Below are positions 38,521 to 49,894 of a DNA stretch of 64,000 nt, piece after piece (positions within the stretch are counted from its first letter, which is position 1; every line of letters starts with the position of its first letter). A program made the position numbers and the translations under genes. The notes beneath the pieces were generated by a model. It had not been told where the DNA came from. It ran no database searches and worked only from the letters and a program-made list of their open reading frames with translations. The DNA is from Heptranchias perlo (taxonomy: Eukaryota), in contig NC_090346.1 of NCBI RefSeq assembly GCF_035084215.1, forward strand, positions 47,244,001-47,308,000. The letters run 5' to 3'.

Positions 38521-39078
38521 CCTTTAAGAAACATACCCCTTTAAGGTTAGATGTCACAATTGAACTATTCACCAGTTCTTCTAGGTGGTGATTTTAGTTT
38601 TTTAAACTGAATGAATTAAACTAATGAGAAGTATTATTACATCTTCAAATTTAAAACTGCCATTCTGCAACTGGGAGTGCTCAAATGTTTTGGGAATTGT
38701 CTGTAAAGTTACACTTTTTAACTCATGTTACTTTAATTCTGCAGTGGAGGCATTGCGATATAGAGGTAGGCTCTGTTCAGTTATCTTGTTGTAATGGCTG
38801 GTGGAGTTTAGTTGCCCTCCAGTGGGATAACCAGAAATAGCATGAAATTAGTAACTTTTTTAAGGAGTTAAAACTTTGATACATCAATCGTCATATGCCA
38901 ATCTTCTGTCTGCTAATTTAGCAGTGGTGTTAACCCATTTAAAATAAACAAGCTGGTGCCGATATTAAAATAGCAGATCTGAGGACTTTCATTTCAAGGT
39001 GTTAAACATTTGGGCTCTGTAAGCACGTGGGAGAGTCCCACCATAACCACAGCGGGACACTGGCGGGACCCCCAAGGG

Positions 39079-39630
39079 AACACACCCAAACACATACCCA
39101 CATACACCCACACCCTCACACACACATACCCACACACTCACACAACCACACACATACCCACACACACCCCCACATACACACAACCACACACACCCACTCA
39201 CACACACCCATGCACACCCACACACACATGCGCACACACCCACGCACACACACCCATGCACACACACCCATGCACACACACCCACGCACACACACCCATG
39301 CACACACACCCACGCACACACACCCACACACCCACCTACATATACCCACACACATCCACACACATAGCCACACACACACACTCACACACCCACACATGCA
39401 CGCACATACCCACACACCCACACACCACACACGCCCATGCACACACACCAACACACACCCACACACATACCCACACACACCCACACACACCCACACATAT
39501 ACCCACACACACTCACACAAACCCGCATACCCACAGCCACGCACACCCACACAAACCCATACACACACTCCCACACACACACACACACACACACACCCAC
39601 CCACACACATGCCCACACACCCACACACAT
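39079..39630. repeat. Complex (CA)n-rich repeat
   Basis: Imperfect CA repeats with ccca/catg variants. Confidence 0.9.
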
Positions 39631-39636
39631 ATTCAC

Positions 39637-39980
39637 GTACACTGTTCGGAGGTGTCACCTTTCGGATGAGATGTTAAACCGAGGCCCCGTCTGCCCTCTC
39701 GTGTGGATATAAAAGATTCCCATATTCACTATTTGAAGAAGTGCAGGGAAGCTCTCCCCATGTCCCGGCCAATATTTATCCCTTAACCAATATCGCTAAA
39801 AAACAGATTATCTGGTCATTATCTCATTGCAGTTTGTGGGATCTTGCTGTGCACAAGAGCAGAGCTTGCTGGCTGCTGCGTTTCCTACGTTACAACAGTG
39901 ACTACGCTTCAAAAGTACTTCATTGGCTACAAAGCGTTTTGAGATGTCGTGAAAGATGCATAATTTATGTAAGTTTCTTT
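39637..39980 (+). mobile_element. DeuSINE body and tail
   Basis: actgttcggaggtgtcacctttcggatgagatgttaaaccgaggcccc... matches the other copies. Confidence 0.8.
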
Positions 39981-40984
39981 GACGTTTAAAAACAGGACAC
40001 CAAGTGAGTGCCTTCAGAAAAGATATTGGCCATTAGATGGCAGCAAAGTCTGCAATCCATTCTGCCCACTGATTACACCCAGTTTACCGCCCAACACGAG
40101 TGGGATTAAACTAGTACTGAGATCAGTGACCCTTACAAAACAAATAAAACAGCAGATTTAGAACTTAACACAGTGAAATCGGAGGACTCCATTTGTGCGA
40201 CAGATTATTGGCCATTATTCCTCCTGTCTGGCAATACTGTGTAAAATGTATAGTTTTAATTTAATGCTAATTAATAATGATTTGTCTTTATTGTGTATTT
40301 TTGTCGTGTATTAAACTGTAACCATTCCCCTAAAGTTAGACCACAAGTGGTGTGGTTACTGTTTTTTTAAATACAGGGTAACACTTGGAAAGGAGTCACA
40401 GGGGAAAGTCTACTTTTGCTTTTGAAAGAGAAAGCAACTTGCAGGGGAAAGTGCATTGGGCATAAACTGATGCCTGCTCTATCGGGGCAAGTCTGCAAGT
40501 CCGCACAGTGGACGGGGAGCTTCGCCCGCCGGCAGCGCCTGTCGGTAATTCGGACCCACAGGTTCTCTGACCAAACGGCGAGGCTCCTGACGGCCAGTGG
40601 AACTGTCTACTGGAGAGGAGAAAATAGGAGAATTAAAAACAAATGTTGGGTGACAAGTTAGTTCCCCCTTGACCAGATTTTGCAAAGGTAACTCAGATTA
40701 AAATTAGCCTGACCCTTTCACGTTCTATGTTCAACAGCATAACCAACTGTTCCACAAAAGTAGGAACAATTAGTGTAAGATCCATAATTAATTGTGATTA
40801 TCCCAGTAGATATATTGGTTGTTCCCTCCGCATTCCACAAAAACAGGAGTTATGTATTTTGAGTTTTGACAAAAATGTGAAACGCCTTGTACTATCATCG
40901 GCCCCTGTTACATAAATCTTATACTCACCCCCACCCACCCCCCCCACAATATACAAAGTGAAGATAAAATGTAAAGGAGTTAAT

Positions 40985-41370
40985 AACAAAGAACTTGCAT
41001 TTATATGATGCCTTCCCAAAGTGCTTTACAATGTAGTACTTTTGAAGTTCCTCACTGTTGTAATGTAGCAGTCACTTTGCACACAGCAAGCTCCCATAAA
41101 CACCAATGAGATTATGACCTGTTTTTGGTGGCATTGGTCGAGGGACAAATATTGGCCAGGACACCAGGAAGAACTCCCCTGCTCTTCTTTGTATAGTGCC
41201 GTGAGACCTTTTGCATCCAGCTTACCAGGTCCAGGACCTCCGACAATGCAGCACTCCCTCAGCACTGCGCCGAAGCAGCGGCCTAGGTTTTGCACTCGAG
41301 TCTCTGGAGTGGGGCTTGAACCCATGACCTTCTGACTCATGGTGGTGAGAGTGCGACCCACTGAGCCGAG
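40985..41370 (-). mobile_element. DeuSINE copy with internal deletions
   Basis: Reverse-complement head (ggctcagtgggtcgcactc...gggttcaagccc) and tail. Confidence 0.75.
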
Positions 41371-42186
41371 ACCGCCATGATGCCTTGAAGAGAAGGGAGA
41401 ATTAGGAAAAATAATTCAATGATTTGGGGCAGCTACTGACTTCCTACATGCCATATTCGGGAACTCAGCTCTAAACTGGATCGAGAAAAGTTTAGGTGTG
41501 GCTGCGTATTAACCCTTAAAGTGCCGATGACAGCCTCTGTTCAGGCCACTATACGCACTTCCTGATTACTATACAAGCCTTTAATTTGCCTGAGTTGATG
41601 CAAGTCGAGGGACTTTGACCGAGAAAAATATTATGATACAAATAGATTCCATCATGACAAAAACAAGGGCGGCGTGTGGATTGAAGAAGAGGAGATATGT
41701 TGTGTGATTGGAAATATTGGTGCTGTAAACCTGTGGGATAAAAAGGCAATGTAAATCACACGTGATATATAGTGGCACTAAACCAGCAGTGAGCCACATC
41801 ATAAATTAAACAAAAACAAATATAAGTAAGTGTTTGAAGCTAAAAGTGTGCCTGGGTTTCTTTTGTTTGTAGGTACTAAACAAAGCGTCATGGTTATTGA
41901 GATTTTCCTCTGTTTCTATTCTCATCTCCGACATAATGATACATAACTCAACAAGTTGTACTCATGCAGTTTTCCACTTCGTGATAGAGGGCTAATGGTT
42001 GGTGCAGGATGCTTGTTTAATAACAACCTCTTTGTGCTACACTCTTGAAGTTAGTAACTAATACAATTTTTGTATTGTTCATCTATCATGGTAAGATAGG
42101 CCTACAAATCAATACTTTTTGTTTCGACTGAATGCATAAGGCCGCCCAGTGTAGCTGATGTCGTTTCACCCAGGCAGGATGCTTCC

Positions 42187-42568
42187 GGAGACTTGAGCAC
42201 ATAATGCAGGCTGACACTCCAGTGCAGTGCCGAGGGAGTGCTGCACTGTCAGAGGTGCCGTCTTTAAGATGAGTCTGCCCTCTCAGGTGGACGGACGTAA
42301 ATCATCCCAAGGCATTATTCAAAGAAGAGCAGGGGAGTTCTCCCAGGTGTCCTGGCCAATATTTATCCCTTAGCCAACAAAACTAAAAGAGATTATCTGG
42401 TCATTTATCTCATTGCTGTTTGTGGGATCTTGCTGTGTGTAAATTGGCTGCCGCGTTTCCCTACGTTACAACAGTGACTACACTTCAACAAGTACTTCAT
42501 TGGCTGTAAAGGGCTTTGGGACATTCTGAGGTCATGAAAGGTGCTATATAAATGCAAGTTCTATCTTT
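42187..42568 (+). mobile_element. DeuSINE copy (head truncated)
   Basis: gagacttgagcacataatgcaggctgacactcc... through aaatgcaagttc. Confidence 0.8.
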
Positions 42569-43279
42569 TAGCAGATCTCCTGTGTTATTGCCCACCGGCC
42601 ACCTGGGATAGGGATCGGGAGAGTGATATGTAGCTGTTCACCAGACCTGTGCCATTAAGGTCACTGGTCAGTTACTCTCTGTGGGAATCCAGGTCTTTGT
42701 AGATACTTGTGAATTGCTGAGATCAATTACAGCTCAGTAAATTATTTGTAAGTTTCAGGTTCAAGGTCAGAAGAACCTAGAATGAAATAGTTGGCTCGAT
42801 TTCTCTCTTTTTTTTTAAAGATTAGTTTGCATCTGTAACCGTTTATGATATCTGAAGAGCGATGGAAATGCTAGATACAAGACTTCTATTGTATTTATTT
42901 GTCATATGTAATTTGCCTGGGTATGAAAGTAGCAGAAGAGCCTATATTTAAGAAAATGCAGTAATTAATTGATTGAATGTTGCTGTGGTGATTGGCCTCA
43001 ACCACAACCATCTTCCTTTGTGTCAGGTATGACCCCAGCCACTGGAGGCTTTTTCCTTTGACCCCGCCCCCCCCCCCCCCCCCATTGACCTCAGTTTCAC
43101 CAAGGCTCACACCAGCAGAAACAAAATTAGGAGGGTTGCTACACAAAGGTACTGTTTGTGAGGGGTCTGATGAAATACCAATAGGTCAATCCATTTTTCT
43201 TCCCCAGATTTCCAACATTCACAGTTTTTTCTTTTCATCAAATGCCAGTAATGGGTCCGTGAACTGGTGCTGTACATTA

Positions 43280-43475
43280 TAGAAAGAAAGAAAGACACAT
43301 TTATACAGCACCTTTCATGACCTCAGGACATCCCAAAGCACTTTACAGCCAATTAAGTACTTTTGAAGTGAAGTCACTGTTGTAAATGTAGGAAACGCGG
43401 CAGCCAATATGATCACAGCAAGGTCAGACAAACAGCAATGTGATAATGACCAGATAATCTGTTTTGGTGATGTTA
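43280..43475 (-). mobile_element. DeuSINE 3' fragment; a similar fragment at 44891-45070 abuts the PLE
   Basis: Reverse-complement tail. Confidence 0.7.
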
Positions 43476-43981
43476 TCCTCACTTCCCCTGTAACTACACC
43501 ATACAGGAGTTGACTATTGCTTAAGTATTCCACATCTGCCATTTGCGCAGTTAAAACAAACCCAACTGCAAGCACATCTGGACAGTCAGAGTACATTATG
43601 TGGAAATAGATTTCAATTACTTTGTGTTGAGAAAAGGTATAGTCAGCTGTTACTGGTGGCCTGATAGTCATGTAAATGTTTAACGTACACCGCCTATACT
43701 TGTATTGTTGATCCAACTTGATGTGGATTTTCTGGTTTGCTCCACAGGCTCAGGCACTTGTACCACGTGGTTCAGTATGTTGAATATACTGCTGCAGCCC
43801 TCCTGCCATCTTCAAAAACTCAAACGGGCATCACCTGATCAACACTTCTTGATTTTCCTCATCTTTTGCCCTTTCCGGTATTGTTCATGTTCGGCACTTA
43901 AGGGCTTTGGTCTTTGGATGGCTAGAAAAAGACATTGGAAACACAATTGATGAGATTTGGTTTCAGATAACTTACAACTTA

Positions 43982-44882
43982 CAACCTCAAACAGACCATC
44001 GTTCGCAGCAAACTACCTAGCTTTCAAGAGAACAGCGTCCACGACGCCACACAACCCTGCCACGGTAACCTCTGCAAGACATGCCAGATCATCGACACAG
44101 ATACCACCATCACACGAGAGGACACCACCCACCAGGTGCATGGTTCATACTCCTGTGACTCGGCCAACGTTGTCTACCTCATACGTTGCAGGAAAGGATG
44201 CCCCAGAGCATGGTACATTGGCGAGACCATGCAGACGCTGCGACAACGGATGAACGGACACCGCGCAACAATCGCCAAACAGGAGGGTTCCCTCCCAGTC
44301 GGGGAACACTTCAGCAGTCATGGACATTCATCCACCGACCTTCGGGTAAGCGTACTCCAAGGCGGCCTTCGAGACACACGACAACGCAAAATCGTCGAGC
44401 AGAAATTGATAGCCAAGTTCCGCACCCATGAGGACGGCCTCAACCGGGATCTTGGGTTCATGTCACGCTACACGTTACCCCACCAGCGAACAAATGTTAT
44501 CTGTTTTTAATATAATGGGTCATTTGCTGGCTCTCTCTGCCTTCCGGATGTTTCTGCCTCTCTCTGTTTTTTTTCTCTGTTTTTTTTTTCCCTGTTTGTT
44601 TTTTTGTTGAATGTGTATTCGGGGGTTCTGCAGGTGACACCTCTCTGTCTGAACACGGTGATTGCCTTGGCAACGGGCAGTTGCAGGGGCAGTCTGTAAA
44701 CACCATGTATTGTTCTATATGTATAAATGCGTAGGCTTCAAGGAGCTCTTGAAACATTTGCCTGAGGAAGGAGAAAATCTCCGAAAGCTTGTGAATTTAA
44801 AATAAAATTGCTGGACTATAACTTGGTGTTGTAAAATTGTTTACAATTGTCAACCCCAGTCCATCACCGGCATCTCCACATC
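43982..44882 (+). mobile_element. 5'-truncated Penelope-like retroelement (Neptune-type), GIY-YIG endonuclease end plus 3' pLTR
   Basis: Open frame from about 43983 to 44510 reads NLKQTIVRSKL...CHGNLCKTC (Cys linker)...VVYLIRC...YIGETMQTLRQRMNGHR...HF...E...GLN, a GIY-YIG domain. Flanked by direct repeat ACAACTTA (43974-43981 and 44883-44890). Confidence 0.9.
44756..44796 (+). ncRNA. Minimal type I hammerhead-ribozyme motif in the PLE 3' end
   Basis: ATTTGC-CTGAGGA-A-GGAGA(AAA)TCTCC-GAAA-GCTT-GTGAAT: CUGAnGA and GAAA cores, a 5-bp stem II, a palindromic AGCT stem III, and stem I with two G-U pairs. Activity is not shown. Confidence 0.7.
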
Positions 44883-45104
44883 ACAACTTAAAGAAAGAAA
44901 GACTTGCATTTATATAGCGCCTTTCACGACTTCAAGACAACCCAAAGCAGCCAATGAAATACTTCTAGAAGTGTAGTCACTGTTGTAATGTAGGAAACGC
45001 GGCAGTTAATTTACATACAGCAAGGTCCCACAAACAGCAATGACATGACCGGTTAATCCGTTCTTGATGGTGTTATTTCATCTAAAATGTATATTTTACA
45101 TTTA

Positions 45105-45360
45105 CAACCAGAGGGGAGATGAGGAGAATATTTTTACGCGGCGAGTTGTTCTGATCTGTAATGCTCGGCCTGCAAGGGTGGTGGAAGAAGAATCAATTGT
45201 CATTTTCAAAGAGGAATTGGATATATACTTGATAAGGGAAACTTTGCAAGGCTATGAGGAAAGAACAGGGGGAGTAGGACTAATTGGATAGCTTTTTCAA
45301 AGAGCCAGCACAGGCACGATGGGCCGAATGGCCTCCTTCTGTGCTGTAAGATTCTATGTG
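45105..45360 (+). mobile_element. CR1 3' fragment
   Basis: ggagatgaggagaatatttttacgcggcgag...gggccgaatggcctccttctgtgctgtaagattctatg. Confidence 0.8.
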
Positions 45361-45999
45361 GATTTCTTAAGCAATTGTCAACTCCTGTATGTATTGTTAC
45401 AGGGGAAGTGAGGATGATGTACAGTACTGCCAAACCCATGGGGGAATTCCCTCAGTGAGGTTCAGCAGGAGATTGGCAGAAACCCTCCCCCTTTCATGTG
45501 GCTCTATCTGGAGTTTCCGCTGAAGTTACGGCAGCCCATATGCAGGGCATCCCCGAGGAAATGAACCAACGGCAATGTTTACGTGGTTTAGAAGCAAAAA
45601 CAGACAACGCTGGAAATACACAGCAGATCAACCACCGTCTATAAAGAGAAAAGACAAGTGAACTTTTATCTGGAACCCTGCCTTAAATCTTGAGGGTCAC
45701 ACCATATGCAGTTTATTTTCCTTTGTATCATTCCACCCATTCCAATCTGCTGACATTTATATTTGGTGTGGCTGTTTAAAATGTCAACATTAAAATTGTA
45801 GAATCGTTGTCAAAGGAACAGGAATAGGCCATTCAGCTCCTCGAGCCCGTTCCGCCATTCAATTAGATCATGGCCGATCTGTACTTCAACCCCATTTACA
45901 TGACTTTGAAACATATCCTTTGATAACCTTACCTAATAAAAAAAAATATCAATCTATTGTCCCTGGTTACTCAGTAACAGGACTGAGGAAAATTAGACC

Positions 46000-46132
46000 A
46001 AATATAGTTAAACTTGTTAAGTTGAGTTATATTTTAATTTTAAGAAGACACAGGAGGAAAATTAGACCAATTTTCCTACTGTGTCTTCTTAAAATTAAAA
46101 TATAACTCAACTTAACAAGTTTAACTATATTT
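46000..46132. repeat. Perfect inverted repeat (54-bp arms) with a 17-bp direct duplication
   Basis: 46000-46053 is the exact reverse complement of 46079-46132; GAGGAAAATTAGACCAA occurs at 45985-46001 and 46054-46070. Confidence 0.92.
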
Positions 46133-46463
46133 AACACATTTTCCCCCTTTTTGGGAGGGAAATTCCCTCCTGCATATTGTCGAATAGTAACATTTTAAAG
46201 GCTTATTTTGTATGAAGCAAATCTACAAAGTGAGACAAAGTTTTACAGTAAAAAGGGCATCACAGCAACGTGAGGAATCAGGAAGGGGGAAATGAAACTA
46301 CAAACAAAACGCATAAAACTGCAAATGCTGGAAATCTGACACAAAAACAGAAAGTGCTGCAAACACTCAGCAGCTCATTCATCATCTGTGGGGAGAACAG
46401 GCAAGAAAACATTTTGAGTGCGGGTCCTTTGTCAGAAAAGAATCTGCACCTGAAGCCTTAACT

Positions 46464-47186
46464 TTGCTGTTCTCGTCCTTGTATTCAAATCCCTCCATGG
46501 CCTCGCCCCCTCCCTTACATTGTAACCTCCTCCAGCCCTTCAACCCTCCGAGATCTCTGCGCTCCTCCAATTCTGGCCTCTTGCGCATCCCCGATTTCCA
46601 TCGCTCCACCGTTGGCGGCCGTGCCTTCAGCCGCCTAGGCGCTAAACTCCGGAATTCCCTCCCTTAACCGCTTCGCCTCTCCCTCCTCCTTTAAGACCCT
46701 CCTTAAAATCTATCTATTTGACCAAGCTTTTGGACACCTGTCCTAAGATCTCCTTACGTGACTCGGTGTCAAATCTTGTTTGATAATGCAGCTTGGGGTG
46801 TTTTACTACGTTAAAGGCGCTATATTAATAGCCATGATGTGGAGATGCCGGTGATGGACTGGGGTGGACAAATGTAAGGAGTCGTACAACACCAGGTTAT
46901 AGTCCAACAGCTTTATTTGAGATCACGAGCTTTCGGAGCTTTCCTCCCTATCACCTGACGAAGGAGCAAAGCTCCTAAAGCTTGTGATCTCAAATAAAGC
47001 TGTTGGGCTATAACCTGGTGTTGTACGACTCCCTATATTAATAGATGCTTGAAGGGGAAACATTTTGCTGGGCTATGGGGGGAAAGAGCAGAGTGGGGAG
47101 AGCTGGCACAGGCACGATGGGCCTCTTGTCTCTGTGTGCTGCATCATTCTAGGAGCCTATGAAATGCAAGTTGTTGTTGTTGTTGC
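46464..47186 (+). mobile_element. L2 3' end whose tail is interrupted by the PLE mini-insertion and a CR1 tail fragment (47045-47150)
   Basis: L2 remnant RSLRSSNSGLL...GGRAFS...RNSLP; tail ggcgctatat breaks at about 46825 and resumes as aaatgcaagttgttgttg at about 47162. Confidence 0.75.
46832..47032. mobile_element. Non-coding fold-back mini-insertion of the PLE 3' end with a hammerhead motif
   Basis: 70-bp inverted arms (46878-46947 and 46963-47032) homologous to 44770-44882; TSD CTATATTAATAG (46820-46831 and 47033-47044); hammerhead motif at 46950-46988 with GAAA changed to TAAA. Confidence 0.85.
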
Positions 47187-47204
47187 CTTACAAGAGGAAG
47201 GGGG

Positions 47205-47460
47205 GGGGAAACTACAATTCCCAAGCATCATTGCGAGCGAGGCGACCAGCGCGCCTGCGCATAGTTGGGGTGGGTGGGGTGCGAGCGGCGCCTGCGCGGT
47301 GCGGGTCGACTCTCCACAGTGTGTGGGCGGGGCGATCGCTGGTGATGTTAGTGAAGGGAGAGAGCGCGAGCTCGCGGGGCAGAAGTTTGACAGGAGCTCG
47401 AGCGGCGAGCGGGAGGGAGGGAGGCCGGCGAAGGAGACGGCTGCAACCGGACCGGGCCAC
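47205..47460 (+). promoter_or_regulatory. CpG-island promoter of BAIAP2L1 with ZNF143/THAP11-type, NRF1-type and GC-box motifs
   Basis: CpG-dense unique sequence just upstream of exon 1. ACTACAATTCCCA at 47211-47223 (ACTACAnnTCCCA, ZNF143/Ronin-type); GCGCCTGCGC at 47251-47260 and 47288-47297 (NRF1-like); GGGCGGGGC at 47325-47333 (Sp/KLF). Confidence 0.8.
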
Positions 47461-47642
47461 AACAAATAAAATAACAATTACCTCAGCTTCTTGGCCAGAG
47501 ATTTAATCTTTTTTTAAAAAAAACAAACAAAAAAAAAAAATAATAATAATAATCAAACTATTTTTAAAAACAAAGCTTGTTAATTTTTCTTGTGTGGAAG
47601 ACTGACTGGGGGTGGTGGGTCGCCGTCGTTGCCAGGGAAACC

Positions 47643-47693
47643 ATGTCTCGCAAAACCGAGGAAATCAACAGGCTCACGGAGAGCACCTACAAG
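47643..47693 (+). CDS. BAIAP2L1: BAIAP2L1 (IRTKS, I-BAR/IMD protein) coding exon 1, MSRKTEEINRLTESTYK
   Basis: ATG in aaaccATG context downstream of a CpG island; 17 codons followed by a phase-0 donor AAG|GTGGGT. The peptide matches my recall of the BAIAP2L1 N-terminus (MSRGPEEVNRLTESTYR) better than BAIAP2/IRSp53 (MSLSRSEEMHRLTENVYK). Confidence 0.93.
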
Positions 47694-49894
47694 GTGGGTG
47701 GGGGAAATGACCCCCCAAAAATTACTCACATTTTATTAACTGTTTGCTTTTAAAAGCATCGTTTGGCGTGGCCCCGTCCATCCCTTACCTGTGTCAGTGG
47801 CCCAGGTGAGCTCCAGGTAAGGGCGTACCTTTGGGTGGGTGGGGGGTGGGGGGGGGGGGGTCAGCTATCGAGTTTCTATAGGAAGTTGCTTTATTTATAA
47901 CGAAAGGCAACATTTTAACCAGCCAAAAAAAAAAATTAATGAAAAATGTTTGCGGTGTCGTGAACACACAAAAAAAGGTCAGCAAATCTTAACTTTTGTG
48001 TATTTAAAAAAAAATCCTATTTTGTTAATCATCAGAGATTGCTCAATGGATTTCCTTTCATTTTTTGGGTGGTGGAGGAATTGGTGAAAGGTCACTAGAG
48101 GGTTGGGTGTCTCTTCCAGCCTGTACGTCAAGGAGTACACTGCACTTACCTGTTCAGTCACCTTTTAAACTGGGCGTGTGGTGCAAACGTGGAGAAAGAA
48201 AGTGTGGCTTATTACATAGCAATTTTTTTTTAGCTTACCAAGGGCAACCTTATAGAGAGTATAATGAAGCCATAACTGAAGTTTGAAACATTTTAGATCT
48301 ATGTCTTCCACAGAAAAGGATCTTTATTTTCTTTTACAGAATTCTTTTACCCCCATTAAATGTGTTTTAACTAAGCACAAGTTGCATATCAAATGGTATA
48401 ATTCACTAGTTTCACACTTTTTTGTCCAAAGGCTATATATGTATAGCAGTATCCCTGTATTAAATCAACTTAGGAGACTTAAAATATCTTATAAAATGAT
48501 GGGTGAGTAAAGACCCAAATGTTTAGATAAGCTAATCAGGAATTTGTGTACTTACATTTATCTCCTGATATTGTCTATTTAGAAAGAGAATCACATTCTT
48601 GCTTTAAAACTCACCTCCACAACCTTAGCAGATAATAAGGTGTTTTGCTTTCACTAAGCTAAGAGGTGTGGTGGAGCTGAAAACTCAACTAACAACCATG
48701 CCATGCAATTTTGATGTTTGCGAATGTCTGTTTTTCAATATTCCAGGTCTCAGTATCCTGTTTTGAACTATAAAGGGGTTGTATATTTGGCAAAAAAAAT
48801 CTCTCCAAGGACGTGGAGATCTGCCTATTACCATTATTATGTATGGTAGGGGTGACGTTTTGCAATCAGCTGATTTGATGTCAGCAGCCTGCTTTGTAAA
48901 TAGTGCACTGTAGAGTATTGACACAACATACTGGAGCTGTCCAGTATATCAAAAGGACATTGTGGAAACCTATTTTATCAAACATTGTTTTCTGATGTAC
49001 AGTCCCGGTGGTACCAGTTGGTGCATGCCAAATTGATGAGGAATAGACCTGGAATATTGGGAGGTGCAGTAACTTTCCAGCTAGAAAATTTTTCAGTAGG
49101 AACACAATTATGTGCTTTAGTTAACCAAGTAGATACCTTAGAAGCCTATTTACAGGAGCTGCCACCGAGTTTTGATAGCAATTGTTTATATACATAGTAA
49201 GTTAATGGTGGTTTGGGAAAGATGTGGTATAATTATGGGTGGGGGAAGAAGAGTGATATCCCAGGAAAGGTAGTTAACACCTCAGGCTAGTGAAGCATTG
49301 GACTTGGCAGATTCTCACGGCTTGGTCTGATTAGGATCTGCTGTTTTTCTGGGGAGTAACTCTACTCAACATATTAAAACAATATGTACTTCCTGTTTCT
49401 TGGGGAATAGCATTAATGGAAGAATCAGATTGGTTTATAGGATCATTTTCTCCCAACTCCCCCAACCCAACCCAATTACAAGAAATGGCATCCAGCCTGA
49501 AATTGCCTAAATGGTTTGAAGCCAAGGGATGATAGGCAAATCAAACCTAGGAGACTGGTGCCATCTCAATTGAGCTTCTTCCTGGGTTGTTTTTGCTGCC
49601 AAAATGGTGCTGGCTACAGTCCACAGCATTGAATTACTAATTCTTTTTGGCAGAAACTGGTGCTAAGAGGTTCTGTGGGTATAGGTTCTTTGGATATCCA
49701 AAACAGTGTAAGACTGTAAGTTTTGTTAAGTTTTGAACAATTCTAAGCTGTGACTTATAGTACATTAATTACACCCAGGATGCCAGTAAAACAACTTAAT
49801 GCCAATATAGAATCCATTGAGAAGTTAGTATTTTAATAAAATGTGTGGGCCTATAGTTTTCTTCCCCTTGGGTAGATTATTTTGGATGTTAAAA

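Noticed and set aside
38989-39712. His/Thr-rich and Val/Cys-rich ORFs
   Set aside because: Translations of a CA-rich microsatellite.
44136-44510. Stand-alone or domesticated GIY-YIG nuclease gene
   Set aside because: No ATG start or exon structure; it lies inside a TSD-flanked, 5'-truncated PLE with its pLTR.
47065-47506. GC-rich ORFs on both strands at the promoter
   Set aside because: Stop-poor CpG-island sequence beginning in TE remnants, with no recognisable domain. Only the ATG at 47345 is kept as a possible uORF.
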